The notes below the pieces were generated by a model. The model did not search any database. It was not told the DNA's origin and saw nothing but the letters and a program-made list of their open reading frames with translations. A DNA stretch of 64,000 nucleotides from an uncultured Planctomycetaceae bacterium (GTDB lineage: Bacteria > Planctomycetota > Planctomycetia > Pirellulales > PALSA-1355), in assembly GCA_963785305.1 (NCBI GenBank), contig CAWAUV010000008.1, positions 160,001-224,000 on the forward strand, given 5' to 3'. Of this stretch, positions 1-10,462 are shown piece after piece; the stretch's first letter is position 1, and each line of letters begins with the position of its first letter. The position numbers were made by a program, and so were the translations under genes.

Positions 1-221
1 GTCAGTTTCTTCGCGGGATTTGGTCCGCCGAATGATCGCAACCTCTCAGAAATGAAAGGCTTCTGCTCGGGGCGGACACGGGCGAATCGGCGGTCCGAAA
101 AGACGCCGTGGAGATAGGTCGGCGCACTCGCTTTTGGCGGCGCGACCAATGATTCACGAGACCAGTTTTTGCAAGCCAGCAAACGCAAGGTCGAGAGTTG
201 CGAGTTTCTAATCGCGTTGGC

Positions 222-397
222 CTAGCGCTCCTTCACGGCTGAAATGACGGATGATTCGGTTTGCGCGTGTGCCATGCCCACTGCCTTGAGTGGGCATGTT
301 TTCAAGCGCCACGCGGAGCCCTCATGCCCACGCAGGGCCGTGGACATGGCACACGGAACGAATCCAATTTATCATTTCAACTGTGACAAAGCACTAG
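222..397. mobile_element. MITE-like element with CTAG ends, imperfect terminal inverted repeats and an internal inverted REP-like doublet
   Basis: CTAG at 222-225 and 394-397; 226-247 vs reverse complement of 372-393 match 16/22; internal inverted pair 267-298 / 323-354; no ORF. Confidence 0.7.
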
Positions 398-446
398 CGA
401 CAAAGCGGCTCTCGACCACCGAATCGCGGCATATCGTCGACGGGAC

Positions 447-2116
447 TTATTTCTGCACGGGAGCGTCGGGGCCATCGCTCGCGATCTTCATTTCGCGCTC
501 TCCCGGCATACTCGTCACCCCGGCGCTGCTTACTTGAACAGGGCCGCCATCGGAGAGGACGGACAAGTCTCCAAGGATCACGCGCTCGGATCCGTCGAAG
601 GGAGTCCAGGCGGCGCCGGCGTCCACGTTAACGGGTGGTTTTGGGGCTTCGGCGACTTTCATCGGTTCGTCGAGGCCGACATTTTGCACGGTCGCCGGCG
701 TGGCCGCGTTGCGCAGCCAGTTGGTGACCTCGATCCAATCGCCGTCATTCACGCCAGTCTGAACCTCGGTTCGCATGGCCTTGCCGTTTTCATCCAACCA
801 GCAATAGGTTCGTTCGCCGGTATGCGTGAGCGCCCCCATGGGCAGGGCGCGGACATTGGGACGCACGATAATCACTTTGCCGTAGGAGTACATGCCCGGC
901 AAAATCTGACTGGCCGTGTCGGGCAGCTTGACCTGGGAAAGCGCTTGCCGCGTGGCCTCCGGCAAATCGTCGGGAATCTTGCTGTCCGTGTTGGGCAGGT
1001 CGATTTCCGCCCGGAGCGTTCGGCTTTTGACGTTGATGCCCAGGCCGTTCGCGTGACCACGCCCGTGATAGGCTGATCGCGGTAGGCTTTCACGAGCACG
1101 GTCGCCTTCGTGCCGACGCGGACAAAATTGGCGTCGTCTTCCGGAATATCGACGAAGATGCGGACCACGTCCGTGCGGTCGACCACATATACCGGCGCGG
1201 CGCTACCGTTGGGCGACAAATCGGGCGCGTGCGAGTCGGCATTGGGATCACCCGTGGCCGGCAGGACAAAGTCGCCGGTGTTGGCATTGCGAGCCACGAT
1301 CACACCATCGAATGGAGCATAGAGCTTGAGATAGCCGACCCAAGCTTCCAGTCGCTTCCAGTCGCTGGTGGCGACTTCGACATTGGCTTCGGCGACTTTC
1401 ACGGCGACTTCGTCTTCGCCGAGAGTCGCCGATTTCGATTCGAGATCGGCCTCGGCCTTGGCGATGTCGGCCTCGGCGGCGTCGCGAGCGGCGGTGCTCG
1501 ACCGCAATTGGTTTTGCGATTCGAGCAACACTTGCGGGTCGACCACGCCGCTCTTCACCTCGCGAGCCAGACGTGTCACCTCGGAATCCCAACGGAAGAC
1601 CTGGGCGTCGTATTGCACCAAATCGCTTTGGCCGATTTAAGATGCGCTTCGGCCGATTTGACGTCGGCGTGCGCCACCAGCACCGTCCTCTTCGCCAGTT
1701 CGACGCGCTGCCGATCTAGGTCGACGGTCGCTTTCTTGGTGCGGCAATCTTCCTCGATTTCCGGAACGAAGAGATCGGCGAGCACTTGGCCTTTCTTCAC
1801 TTTATCGCCGATGTCGACGTACCACTTTTGAATATAAGCCGACATTTTGGGGTAGATCGACGTGCGCTCGTAGGCTTCGACAAAGCTTGGTTGCCCGACG
1901 GTGCGGATAATAGTCCGCGTTTCCGCATGGGTGATCCGCACCACCGGCGGGTCGGACACATGCTTGACCTCGGCGCAGTTCTTCGTGGTGGCAACCCGGC
2001 GTCGCCAGCGCGGCCAACAAACCCAGCGCCAACCAGCGATAGCGGCCGGAAGGCGGCGCGGTCGCGGGGCGAGCGACGTTTGGCGTCGACATATTTCCGG
2101 CAAAAAAGCGATACAT
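447..2116 (-). CDS. RND efflux periplasmic adaptor (membrane fusion protein), lipoprotein-like; ~3 frameshifts
   Basis: Pieces 1802-2116 (LLAALATPGC), 1576-2490 (YVDIGDKVKKGQVL), 872-1621 (APFDGVIVARNANTGDFV), 447-965 (ILPGMY...VQTGVNDGDWIEV); shifts near 1980, 1620, 1035; GGAGA RBS upstream of ATG. Confidence 0.88.
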
Positions 2117-2149
2117 CGGAAATCTCCATGTGAAAGCAGGAGGCGATAT

Positions 2150-5100
2150 TCAGGTTTCGCCATTGAAGGGCGGTTTCGTTGATTCGCCGGGCGCATCACC
2201 GGCTGGGTCCGATTTCGGATCGGGCTTGGCGTCAGGACGCGCTTCATCGTCGGCGGCGCGCTGCGCATCTTATCCCAGGCCACGAAGTCGGGACTCGAGA
2301 TTATTTCCGGATTGTTTTCATCCACGCGCGAGAAGGCGCGCGGGTCGTAATGCTCGCTATCGGGGTCGGCGGGATAGATCGACTGCGAGAGAATCACTAC
2401 CTTGCCATCCTTGGCGGTGGCCGCGTCTCGCGTTTTGTCCCAGGCCGCGTCATCAATGCTGGAAGTGATTTCCGGACGGTGCTCGTCCACATGATCGAAG
2501 GCGCGGATCGTAATGCACGCTATCGCGGTCGTCGGGATACATCGACGGCGAGCGCGCCACCTTCCGGCCGATGACGATCGCGAAAATGGAGGGCAGCACG
2601 AGCAAGGTGGCGAAGGTCGACATCACCAAACCGCCGATCACGGCCAATCCCAAGGGGGCCTGCATTTGGCTGCCGCGCTCGAGCGCCAGCGCCATGGGAA
2701 CCATGCCGACCGTCATGGCGCAGGCCGTCATCAGAATCGGCCGCAGCCGCTCGCCCGCCCCCTTGATCGCGGCCTCGATCGAAACCAAGCCGTTCTTCCA
2801 GTGGTCGTCCATGAACGTCACGAGCATCACGGAGTTGGAAACCGAAACACCCAAGCACATGATCGATCCCATGAACGATTCAATGTTGAGCGAGGTATTG
2901 GTGAGGTAAAGAATCGTGGCGATGCCGGCGAGCACGCCCGGCACCGCGCCGATGGAGATCAAGCCCAAGCGTGGCGACTGGAAATAAGCGGTCAACAAGA
3001 TGAGGATCACGAAGACGGCCACCACAAGTCCGACGCCCAGCGCCTTGAACATGGCGATCATCGGCGGAAGCTGGCCCATGAGCTCGACGCGCACCCGCGC
3101 GGAGGCTCGCCGGCGGCTTGGACGGCCGCGGCGACTTGGTTCGACGCTCGCCCCATGTCTTCCCCCTCGACATTCGCCGTCAGGGTCAAATAACGCTGGG
3201 ACATGTCGCGATCGATCTCGCCAGGGCGAATGCCCTTGCGAACGGTCGCCACGTCGCGGACCATGAGGTTGACCAGCGGATTGACCGACTCCAGGGGCAG
3301 GATCTCGACATCCTCGGGCCTTTCCATGCGAAGCGGCGGCACTTGGATTTGCACCAAGTAGTCGAAGCCGGTCTTTACGTCGATCCAGTAATTGAGATTC
3401 GAAAAGCGCGTTGACGATGTCGCCATGACCAGCGCATGGGCCACGTCCTCGACCTTGGCGCCGCTGAGCCCGGCTTTCTCGCGATCGATCGTCACTTCGA
3501 CCGAGGGATAGTCGAGCATTTGCTGAAATTCGACGTCGCGGAGGAACGAATTTTGCCGCATCTCCTTGGCTATTTTTTCCGCGTGTTGCCGCACCAGCTT
3601 CAGGTCGGTGCCGACAATCCGCACCGCGATCGGCGTCAGCGAGCCAAAACTCATGACGGAGGTCACGATGTCGCCGGGCTCGAAGCCAAAGGTCGCCAAT
3701 TGCGATTGTTTCTTAGCCTCATAATTCGACAGCCCACCCTGTTCGAGTCGGGCGGCGAGCCAAGGAAGAACTCGCTCGGGGAGTTCTTTCCGCAATTGTT
3801 CTCGAAACTTGTCAAGCTTGATCCCACTGTGCTCGTTCAATGCGACCCGCAATTGCCCATCGTCGGGGCCGCGCATGAAGAGCACCATGTTGTCGATGCC
3901 GAAATTCGGCGCGACTTGGCCCACGAAACCCATCGTGATGTCGATATTCTCGGGCTTGGCCTCTCGCTCGATCTCTTCCAGGCACTTCACCGCCATTTCC
4001 CGCGTCAGCTCGAAACTCGAACCAGGCGGCGGCCGGAATCGCAGCACGAACTGCCCCGAGTCGATTTGGGGAAACAACTCGGTGCCGATCTGCGTCCCCA
4101 ACACGGCAAGCACCAAGGCGCAAGCTCCGAGATATGCCGGCGCCACGATCCATCGCAGACGCACGAACCAGCCCACGAGCCGGCTGTAGACTTTGAGCAC
4201 GCGGCTAAACAGCCCGGTATCCTCGGCGCCGTGGGCGTGTGCGATGGGCTTAAGTAGGTACACGCACATGACCGGCACGAACGTGCTGGAGAGCAGGTAC
4301 GACGAGATCATCGCGAACCCGACGCCCAGCGTCAAAGGCATGAAAAGCGAGCGGAGCGGATCTTCCATGATAAAGGCGGGAATGAACACCGACAGAATGC
4401 AGAGCAGGGCCAGCAGTCGAGGCACGGCCGTGGCGTTGCTGGCGTGCAGCACCGCGGTGGCGACCTTCGACGTGTGCTCCATTTGAACGTGGACGTTTTC
4501 GATCGTCACCGTCGCTTCGTCGACGAGAATGCCGATGGCCAGCGCCATGCCGCCCAGCGACATGATGTTGATCGTGTTGCCGGTAAGCCAGAGCCCGAAC
4601 AACGATCCCATCAAGGCCAGCGGGATGTTCGACACCACGACGATCACGCTCCGCAGATCGCCGAGAAACAACATGATCATCAAGCCCGTGAGGCCCGCTC
4701 CGATGAGCCCCTCGGTGGCCACGCTTTCCACCGCCGCCACCACGGTCGGCGATTCATCGAACTCGAAATTGACTGAAACATCCTTGGGCACCGCGTCGCG
4801 AAACAGTTGCATCGACTTGTGAATGTCGGCCACGACCGTCAGCGTCGAACCGGTGTCTTTCTTGATGATCGGCAAATAGACCGACTTCTTGCCGTTGACC
4901 ATCGCGTAGCCGTAGGTAATGTCGGTGTCGTCGGCGATCTTGGAGACATCGCGCAAATAGACGTTCTCGCCAATTCGCAGCGGAATTTCGCCGAGACGCT
5001 TCGGGTCGACGACCGTCGCGTTGTTGGCGACCACGGGCATCGAATCCTTGACGTAGATATTGCCGGCGGGAATGATCGTGTTGCCCCTCGCCAGGGCATC

Positions 5101-5715
5101 GACGACGTCTTCCGGTTTCAGGTTGTAAGTGAGCAGCTTCTGCGGATCGACCGTGACCACGATCGATCGCATATTCGGACCAAAGGGAGAAATCGCCACC
5201 GTGCCTGGAACGAATTTTTGCACCAATGGACGAATGACGTTCTGAGCTAAATCGCCCATGGCGCCCAGCGAGGTCTCCTTGCTCTCGAACACAAGGTAGC
5301 CGACCGGAACGCTGCCCGCGTCCATGCGCATAATCATGGGCGGCAAGGTGCCCTTGGGCATCCATGACATGGCCCGGTCGGACATGGCCACGACCTGCGC
5401 CATCGCCTGCCCCATATCCGTGCCGGGAAAGAACTTGAGCTCGCACAGCGCCACTTGCTGGATGTTCCGCGTGTCGATGTCCTGAATGCCATCGACGTAC
5501 TGAAAATAGAGCTCGAGCTGATTGACGATGAACCCCTCCATCTGGTCCGGGCTCATGCCAATGTAGTCGAGAAAGACGTAGATTCTCGGCACGTTGAGCG
5601 CCGGAAAAATGTCCACCCGCATGCGGCTATATGCGAGGCCGCCACCGCTGATGAGCGCCACGACCAACATAAGGGTCGTGATCGGATGACGCATCGCAAA
5701 GACAATTGGATTCAT
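2150..5715 (-). CDS. RND efflux permease (AcrB/CusA superfamily); ~3 frameshifts
   Basis: GILVDEATVTIENV, ERLRPILMTACA, APLGLAVIGGL motifs; ORFs 3058-5715 and 2453-3094 join near 3100; tail continues via shifts near 2505 and 2260 to TGA at 2150-2152. Confidence 0.9.
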
Positions 5716-6466
5716 TACCGCCTCGTAAGGAACGTGTCGACCATGACTGCGTTATTTAAAATGCGGCGCTGGCGCCACCCAGACCACAAGAGCATACGGT
5801 GTGCCACGCGATGGAGCGCATCGCATGCGGCAGCCCCAGACGACGCTTGCGATTGCGGCAAGTCGCAATCTGGCCGCTGGATTGGACGCAATCGGTAAAA
5901 TGCAAGCCCGCGCCAATGCGAACTGTCCCGCCTATCCGTCCGGTCGTGGAGCGGCAAAGATTCGCCACCCGAGGACAGAAACTTTCCTTTTGCCGTGAAT
6001 CCATCAGCTGCGCAAAGTAACAAAAGCGCAAGCTCCATCGAGACTTAGCTGGCGCAATCAGCGATTCCTCTTTCGGATTCGTAAAAATTCTTTTCGACTC
6101 GAATCGCCCGCGATACCGGATATCGGGCCGCGAACACAAGCATAAGTTTCGCGGGAGGACTCTGCCAGAGCGAGTCGAGTATCTGACGGCATTTTAAGTT
6201 TCCACGGAAGGCTCAGGCGCCAGCAGCTTTGATCGCATGCCGAGGCACGGCGCGTGGCGCGGAGCATCGCAAGTTCGCACCGTCCAAGAAAGCGACCGGT
6301 TTCATGCTGTCAATGCGGCGCCCGTGCGCGATCGCCGCCGACGCGCTCTTCTTATCGCAAGCGAAGTCACATGACCTTGCGCCTCGCCGCGATGGCTACT
6401 TGACTTGTGCCGACGACAGGGCTCCGCCGAGTCGCTACTTGCGCGCCATCCCAATGGTCTCGGCCT

Positions 6467-6913
6467 TCAGTCCAATGGCACGTCATGGTATTCGAGTGCC
6501 CATTCACGCATGTACCGCACCCGCGTGGGCCGCATGCGATAGACGATCAGCGCCGGGTTGTCCACGCTGCCAAGGTATTGCCGCAACAACGGATTCGCCC
6601 GCCAGATATCTTCTAGGGTGGCGTGGTCGGTGACCTCATCGGCGAGGCCGGTAATGCGCACCTGGTCATGGGCTTCGTTTATGTAGCAAAGCTCGATCTT
6701 TGGATTCGCGGCAATCTCCGTCGTTTTATGGTATTGTCGTAGGTTCGCGATCCAGACCGTGAAACCTTCAGTCTTCACGGGCGACACGGGGCGCACGCGG
6801 GGCTGGTCGCCATCGATCGTGGCCAGCATGGGAAAGCGGTCGGCGAGCACCAATTGCCGGGCGAGGGCAAGCAGTTCGCTAGGATTAAAGGGAGTGGGTG
6901 TCGGTCTGTTCAT
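6467..6913 (-). CDS. Pyridoxamine 5'-phosphate oxidase-like (FMN-binding split barrel) protein
   Basis: LATIDGDQPRVRPV and KTTEIAANPKIELCY...QVRITG motifs; ATG at 6913 preferred over the longer ORF start. Confidence 0.82.
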   Translation of the reverse strand: MNRPTPTPFNPSELLALARQLVLADRFPMLATIDGDQPRVRPVSPVKTEGFTVWIANLRQYHKTTEIAANPKIELCYINEAHDQVRITGLADEVTDHATLEDIWRANPLLRQYLGSVDNPALIVYRMRPTRVRYMREWALEYHDVPLD

Positions 6914-7238
6914 GGCAACTTTTCCTGGGTTGGTTAATCGTGCTGGCGGCCTGTTGAAATATTCGACAGACTGCTCGCGATCTCGGCGGACCGGCGACGT
7001 CGCGAAGTTTTGACGCGGCCCCATGCGGCGAGCTGCCGGGTCGCGCGGATTTTGCCACGCTCGCGGCGATTGGTCCGCCAAAACGCCGGCGAGCACAATA
7101 CGGCACTGAAAACTCGATGCGCCATTGTAGACCAGCGTTGCCCACCAAGCGCGAATCACGGGACTGGCGGAAGTCGGCGACGATCGCCAGACTCCATGCG
7201 CGAATGGTATCGAGCGCTTCGATGCGACCCGAGGGCCC

Positions 7239-7254
7239 TGGCACGGGAGTAGCG
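7239..7254 (+). promoter_or_regulatory. Putative sigma54 -24/-12 promoter
   Basis: TGGCACGGGAGTAGCG, GG-N10-GC, ~89 nt before ATG 7342; perfect -24 element, A instead of T before GC. Confidence 0.5.
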
Positions 7255-7341
7255 AAACTCTAAAGCAAGCATTGACAGAGCACCAGCCTCGCGGCGCTGT
7301 CGTTCGCTGGCGGGGCTCCCACCCCAGAAAGAGCAGCTCGC

Positions 7342-8367
7342 ATGGAACATTCCGAGGGATTCGATCCGCCGCTTGTTTCGCGCCGCGCCATGGTCAGCGC
7401 CGCGCTCGCCGCGGCGGGCGGAGCGGCGGCCTTTGGAGTCGAGTCGTCGACCCCGCCTCGCTTGGCGCCCACGGCCGGGTCGCCCAAGCGGTTCGACATG
7501 AAAAAGTCGATCAACCAGTGGGCCTTTCCCTATCCCGAGCGGATGTCGCTCGAAGCCTGTCTGCGTTTGGCCAAGGACGCCGGCTTCGATGGAATCGAGC
7601 TCAACTACGATCTCGAAAACGATCTTTCGCCCAAATCCACCGCCAAGGACCTTGCCAAGCTGCGCTCGCTGGCCGATCGCATCGGAATCGCGATCAGCGG
7701 GCTGTGCTCGTTTTTGTTCTGGCCCTATCCGCTCACGTCGAACGACCCGGCCAAACGCGCGAAAGCGCTCGAGCTGGCCGGCCAGATGATCCAAGCGGCG
7801 CACGATCTGGGCGTCGAGAATCTGTTGGTCGTGCCTGGAGCGGTGCATATTCCCTGGCGCACCGATTATGAACCGGTGCCGAACGATGTGTGCGACCGCC
7901 GGGCTCGCGAGGCGATTGGCGAATTGTTACCGCAGGCCGAGCGGCTGGGCGTGAATCTGAATATCGAAAACATTTTCTTCAACGGATATCTCCTTTCGCC
8001 GGGCGACATGATCGATTTCGTCGACAGCTTCAAGAGCCCGCGCGTGCATGTGCATTTCGACACCGGGAATATCATGCTGTTTCAATTTCCGGAACATTGG
8101 ATTTCGATTCTCGGCAAGCGCATTCGGAACGTCCATTTCAAGGAGTTCAGCAAACGCGGCACGGACTATTCGCTCGAGTCGTTTCGTCCGTTGCTCGACG
8201 GCACGACCAATTGGCCCGCCGTGCTCGAAGCGCTCGACGCCAACGGCTATCGCGGCTATCTGACGTTCGAGTATTTTCATCCCTACCCGCATTACCCCGA
8301 AGCGCTCGTCCATCAAACGTCGGATTCGCTCGATCGCATGCTGGGAGTCGTTCGCCCGCGCGGATAG
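7342..8367 (+). CDS. Sugar phosphate isomerase/epimerase family TIM-barrel protein with Tat-like signal
   Basis: SRRAMVSAALAAAGG leader; AKDAGFDGIEL, NIENI, HFDTGN, VHFKE, LTFEY metal-ligand motifs. Confidence 0.88.
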   Translation: MEHSEGFDPPLVSRRAMVSAALAAAGGAAAFGVESSTPPRLAPTAGSPKRFDMKKSINQWAFPYPERMSLEACLRLAKDAGFDGIELNYDLENDLSPKSTAKDLAKLRSLADRIGIAISGLCSFLFWPYPLTSNDPAKRAKALELAGQMIQAAHDLGVENLLVVPGAVHIPWRTDYEPVPNDVCDRRAREAIGELLPQAERLGVNLNIENIFFNGYLLSPGDMIDFVDSFKSPRVHVHFDTGNIMLFQFPEHWISILGKRIRNVHFKEFSKRGTDYSLESFRPLLDGTTNWPAVLEALDANGYRGYLTFEYFHPYPHYPEALVHQTSDSLDRMLGVVRPRG

Positions 8368-8612
8368 CGCGAATCACTGGAGGGCGAGCGCGATGCGTGC
8401 GATTTGTTTCGGGGCGGGCGGCGCTCAGGCAAAAGCGTCGCCAGACTTCCAATGCGAGCAAATAGCGATCAACGCGCGCTTTTGCGTGACCCGGCGTTCG
8501 CGCGGCGCGATGGTGTCGCAATGCCATCGCCGGACAATCCGGCGATCAATTTGTCCGCCTTTTTCCGCATTTCGCGAACGCGGCGGTTCATCCGGGGGGC
8601 GGCCCGCCCATT

Positions 8613-8628
8613 TGGCATACGCGCTGCT
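8613..8628 (+). promoter_or_regulatory. Putative sigma54 -24/-12 promoter
   Basis: TGGCATACGCGCTGCT, GG-N10-GC, ~107 nt before ATG 8734. Confidence 0.55.
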
Positions 8629-8733
8629 ACTCAATGGCCGCCACGGGCTTTCGGCGTCACCTCTAGCCGTGCATTGTCTTGCGCGGGCGCCAATCCCCCG
8701 ATGATTGTACTTCTATTGAAAGGAAGTGAGCCC

Positions 8734-9276
8734 ATGAAAATGTTCATGCGGAAAAGCAGCTGTGCGGCGCTGGGACTCGCGATGGCGATGGGCGGTTTGG
8801 CGACGGCGGCCGATCCGCCGCGAGCCAATTCGGTCAACCCCGCCCCGGTGAACACCCAACCGGCGATCACGACCACCACGAGCACGACCACCACGACCGA
8901 TGCGAACAATGCGCATCACGCGCGAATGACGATGTGCGCCAGCGAGCTTATGAAACTGTCGGTCAAAAACAGCGCCGGCGACAAGATCGGTTCGATCGAT
9001 GACCTGGTGATGGATGTCCATACCGGCAAGATCGCCTATGCGGCCCTGGGATTCGGCGGCGTGCTCGGATTCGGCGAAAAGCTGTTTGCCGTGCCGTGGA
9101 GCCAATTCCATTTGCAGAAGGAAAGCAACAGCAACGAGCATTTCCTGGTGCTCGATGTCTCGACCGAGTCGCTGAAGACGGCGCCGGGGTTCAACAAGGA
9201 TCATTGGCCGGATTTCGCCGACGCGAACTTCACGCGCCAAATCGATGAGCACTACAAGGCGCCGAGCACGCGCTGA
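8734..9276 (+). CDS. Exported PRC-barrel domain protein
   Basis: Signal peptide, Thr-rich linker, VKNSAGDKIGSIDDLVMD...IAYAALGFGGVLGFGEKLFAVPW, LKTAPGFNKDHWPD; AAGGAAG RBS. Confidence 0.9.
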   Translation: MKMFMRKSSCAALGLAMAMGGLATAADPPRANSVNPAPVNTQPAITTTTSTTTTTDANNAHHARMTMCASELMKLSVKNSAGDKIGSIDDLVMDVHTGKIAYAALGFGGVLGFGEKLFAVPWSQFHLQKESNSNEHFLVLDVSTESLKTAPGFNKDHWPDFADANFTRQIDEHYKAPSTR

Positions 9277-9377
9277 CGCGGCATGCGCCAGGCGTCCGAG
9301 CGAAGGGAGAAATCATCAGGCGGCGGATGTCGGCAATGGCATCCGCCGCCTTCGCTTTTTGGTGGTGGAGCGGGCTC

Positions 9378-10394
9378 TTATCGTTGATCGCCCGCGCAAT
9401 GATGCCACGCGGCGCCGAGCAGGGCCGCGCCGGCAATCGCCGCCGCGCTCAGCCAAGGCCGATGCATGGTCGCCCACAATTGCCAGCTTTTTTCCAGGGC
9501 TCGGGAATCGAAGTCGCCATGCGCCCCGTGATCGCCCGGCAGTGGCGACCAAAGATTGTTCGGCCGGTCGTCGCTCACGGGCTGCGAGGTCATTTGACTA
9601 TCGTATCCGTGGGCGGCCAAGTAGCGATCGCCCAGGCTGGGCAATATCTTGTTACCCTCGATCGCCACGACCGTCGAGGCGCCGACAAACACCTCGCGCC
9701 GCCGGCGATGCGCGGCCCAGTAAATGGCCCGGGCCGCGACCTCGGGTTGATAAATCGGTGGCACCGGCTGCGGATGCCGCGGCAGGCGACTTTTGACCCA
9801 GTCGAACTGGGGCGTGTTGAGCGCCGGCATTTGCACCATGGTGAGCCACACCCGGCTCTTGGCATGGAGCAACTCGCAGCGCACCGATTCCGTGAAACCA
9901 TGAATCGCATGTTTCGCTCCGCAGTAGGCCGATTGCAGCGGAATGCCGCGATAGGCCAGGGCCGAACCGACTTGCACCACCGTGCCTCGATCGCGGGGGC
10001 ACATGCGCTTGAGCGCCGTCATGGTGCCATAGACAAAACCCAAATAACTGACTTCGGTCACGCGGCGAAACTCCTCGGGCGTCATTTCCGTGAAGGGGGA
10101 GAACACGGAGACCATCGCGTCGTTGACCCAGACGTCGATCGGTCCCAATTCGTTTTCGACCCTCGTGGCCGCGCGTTCGATCGCGTCGGGATCGGCCACG
10201 TCGGTGGGGAGCACGAGAGCCCGGCCGCCGGCCTGCTCCACTTCGCGGGCCGCGGCTCGCAGGCCATCTTCGCCGCGGGCCAGGAGACCGATCGCGGCGC
10301 GGCGCTTGGCGAATTCGCGCACCGTGGCGCGGCCGACGCCCGCCGAGGCGCCCGTGATCACGACGACTTCGGGCTTCTTCGATTCATTTCGCAT
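9378..10394 (-). CDS. SDR family oxidoreductase with hydrophobic C-terminal tail
   Basis: VITGASAGVG Rossmann motif, YCGAK (YxxxK). Confidence 0.92.
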   Translation of the reverse strand: MRNESKKPEVVVITGASAGVGRATVREFAKRRAAIGLLARGEDGLRAAAREVEQAGGRALVLPTDVADPDAIERAATRVENELGPIDVWVNDAMVSVFSPFTEMTPEEFRRVTEVSYLGFVYGTMTALKRMCPRDRGTVVQVGSALAYRGIPLQSAYCGAKHAIHGFTESVRCELLHAKSRVWLTMVQMPALNTPQFDWVKSRLPRHPQPVPPIYQPEVAARAIYWAAHRRRREVFVGASTVVAIEGNKILPSLGDRYLAAHGYDSQMTSQPVSDDRPNNLWSPLPGDHGAHGDFDSRALEKSWQLWATMHRPWLSAAAIAGAALLGAAWHHCAGDQR

Positions 10395-10462
10395 GGGATG
10401 CGCCTCTGGTTGCATGGAACAAGGAATTTCAAGGTTCTCGATAAATGCGGCGGGCGGCGGAT

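Noticed and set aside
1576..2490. 304-aa ORF suggesting an RND permease-adaptor fusion
   Set aside because: Chimera of the permease tail and adaptor middle caused by frameshifts; the adaptor has its own RBS, ATG (2116) and signal.
5901..5915. Sigma54-like TGGCGCGGGCTTGCA upstream of the RND operon
   Set aside because: Only 9 nt between GG and GC and ~187 nt from the start; could be a homopolymer deletion but not counted.
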